A DNA stretch of 63,760 bases, the filler included, from Ministeria vibrans ATCC 50519 (lineage: Eukaryota; Protista; Filasterea), in NCBI GenBank assembly GCA_943704425.1. It is 5 parts of 5 records of this genome, joined end to end, with 100 filler letters (N's around TTAATTAATTAA, not from the genome) between each part and the next. Parts side by side here need not be neighbours in the genome. Positions count along the whole stretch, not along the records: positions 62,392 to 63,760 come from CALSCP010000012.1; 4 more parts are not named here. The stretch is one strand, 5' to 3'. The position numbers were made by a program, and so were the translations under genes. A model generated the notes under the pieces. That model was given only the letters and a program-made list of their open reading frames with translations. It searched no databases and had not been told where the DNA came from. Positions 62,392 to 63,760 of the stretch are shown in pieces. Numbering within the stretch: the stretch's first letter is position 1; the number at the start of each line of letters is the position of its first letter.

Positions 62392-63695
62392 CACCTTGAC
62401 CTCCTCACCGCCTTCGCCCATGGGGTCGCCGGCATTCAGCAGCGTCACCTTTGTGACGAGTGGCTCGCCCGTGGTTGCCGACGTGGGCGCATCCACCTCG
62501 GCCGATAACTGCGGCTCACCGATGACAATACTTGTCGCGTCTGACTCGATCGGCTTGCCATCGACGACTGGCGTGATCGTGTACGTGCCCGCTGCAAGAG
62601 GGGTAAAGCTCCCATCGCCGTCGATGGGCAACTGGTTGCCGTTGGCATCGGTGACGCGGCAGGAGCAAGGCAGGATGTCACCTCGAGGAGATGATGCGCT
62701 AACCTGGACTCGCACAGGGCGCTTGGCCACGTCGCCGTCCACGCTGACATTGATGGTTGGTACTGCGGCAAGCACTGTAAACGGCTGTGGGGTACCGGCG
62801 AGGGGTTTCATGCGACGACGCGCCACGAGTGAGTAGTCTCCGGGAGCAGGGGCAACAAAGGTGCATTGGTAGGTGGGACCGATGGGGGACGAGGGGGCGA
62901 CGTTGACGGGGATAGACGCACCGCCGTCGGCTGCAACGCACTCCACCGTAACCGATTCAACAGCGGCCGCTTGTGTAGGCTCAGTGAACGGCTCACCATC
63001 GCACAGGATGGTCGTGTCAAAGGTGACTGACTCACCATCAACAATGGATTCGGGCAGCTCGATTGAGGCGGCAAACACCGCGGCGGGCTCACCGCCCTCC
63101 TTGAGCTTGGCCTCAAGTTGACGATAGCATGATATGTAAGTCATGGAGCTGAGCTCTTCGGGCGTGTCTGTGTCGAAGACATCCGCATCCACGAGCATGG
63201 GGACGCCGAGGTGGTCGTGAGCCTTGTGGATGGCCGCGTCGTTGTTGGCCAGGCCTTTTGAGCGGTCGAGTGCGTCTGGGTCGTCAATGAGGTTGCCAAC
63301 GCCCTTGAGTTGCGAGCAGTGGTTGACAATCTTGGAGAGAATACGCCCGTCGCGCAGACAGCCAAAGTTCTTGCACGGCTCCTGACTGACAGCCGCCATC
63401 CAGTCGAGAATCTCAGCACGAGCCGATTTTCCGCCCTCCCCGTCTCCGCGGTTGATGGCATATCGCAAAATGATGGTCCACATGAACCCAAGCGCGAGCT
63501 TGGAGTTGCCCGACAGCATTGCGTCCGGATCGACGTTGACAAACTTGAGTCCCTCCGACTCGAAGAACGCCAAAACAATTCCCAGGTTTTCGAGCTTCTG
63601 CATTTGGAAGCGTGGGTTCTTTGCCATTTTCGTCAGAACCTTTTTGTTGCTGATCACCTCGGCGAGGTTCCCCAGCAGAAGACCATTGCCGATGT
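62392..63695 (-). CDS. Filamin/gelation-factor-like protein fragment (tandem CH actin-binding domain plus Ig/filamin-like repeats)
   Basis: DIGNGLLLGNLAEVIS, FQMQKLENL..L.F...EGLKFVNV, KLALGFMWTIILRY, PEELSSMTYIS, YQCTFVAPAPGDY, FTPLAAGTYTI. Confidence 0.88.
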
Positions 63696-63760
63696 CTGCA
63701 AACCAACTTGTTATCCTTCACGGTAACATGTTTCTTATCACACTCGACCGTTTGTCTCGT

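Overview
This is a gene-dense, intron-rich eukaryotic window with short GT-AG introns, head-to-head gene pairs and many microsatellites. Four artificial 100-bp N/TTAATTAATTAA spacers split it into five contigs: 1-23124, 23225-49101, 49202-60516, 60617-62291 and 62392-63760. The gene content (true tyrosine kinase, filamin, IBTK, WDR31, tandem EGF repeats) suggests a flagellated unicellular eukaryote on or near the animal/obazoan line; this is inference only. Recognisable genes are a PIG3-type quinone oxidoreductase (3' end), bacterial-type PARG, cyclophilin, GH20 hexosaminidase, a 3433-aa NO VEIN-like GHKL-DUF3883 protein, an amino-acid transporter, WDR31, a CDCA3-like protein, MAD2, a Roco protein, SF3A2, IBTK, XPO5, MSH2 (3' part), a DUF1028 Ntn-hydrolase, RPL19, HACL1, a ZnT zinc transporter, an EGF-repeat protein and filamin. 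The most interesting observations are: (1) an LRRK-like ANK-LRR-ROC-COR protein ending in a bona fide tyrosine kinase, with a PH domain inserted inside the GTPase; (2) a kinase-less disordered protein with six RFxV docking motifs; (3) two paralogous small secreted Cys proteins, visible only after splicing, each next to a LINE relic and a shared tandem motif; (4) a tandem pair of tRNA-like folds followed by a T-tract; (5) a CDCA3-like gene head-to-head with MAD2; (6) a dispersed minisatellite tied to (GA)n tracts.
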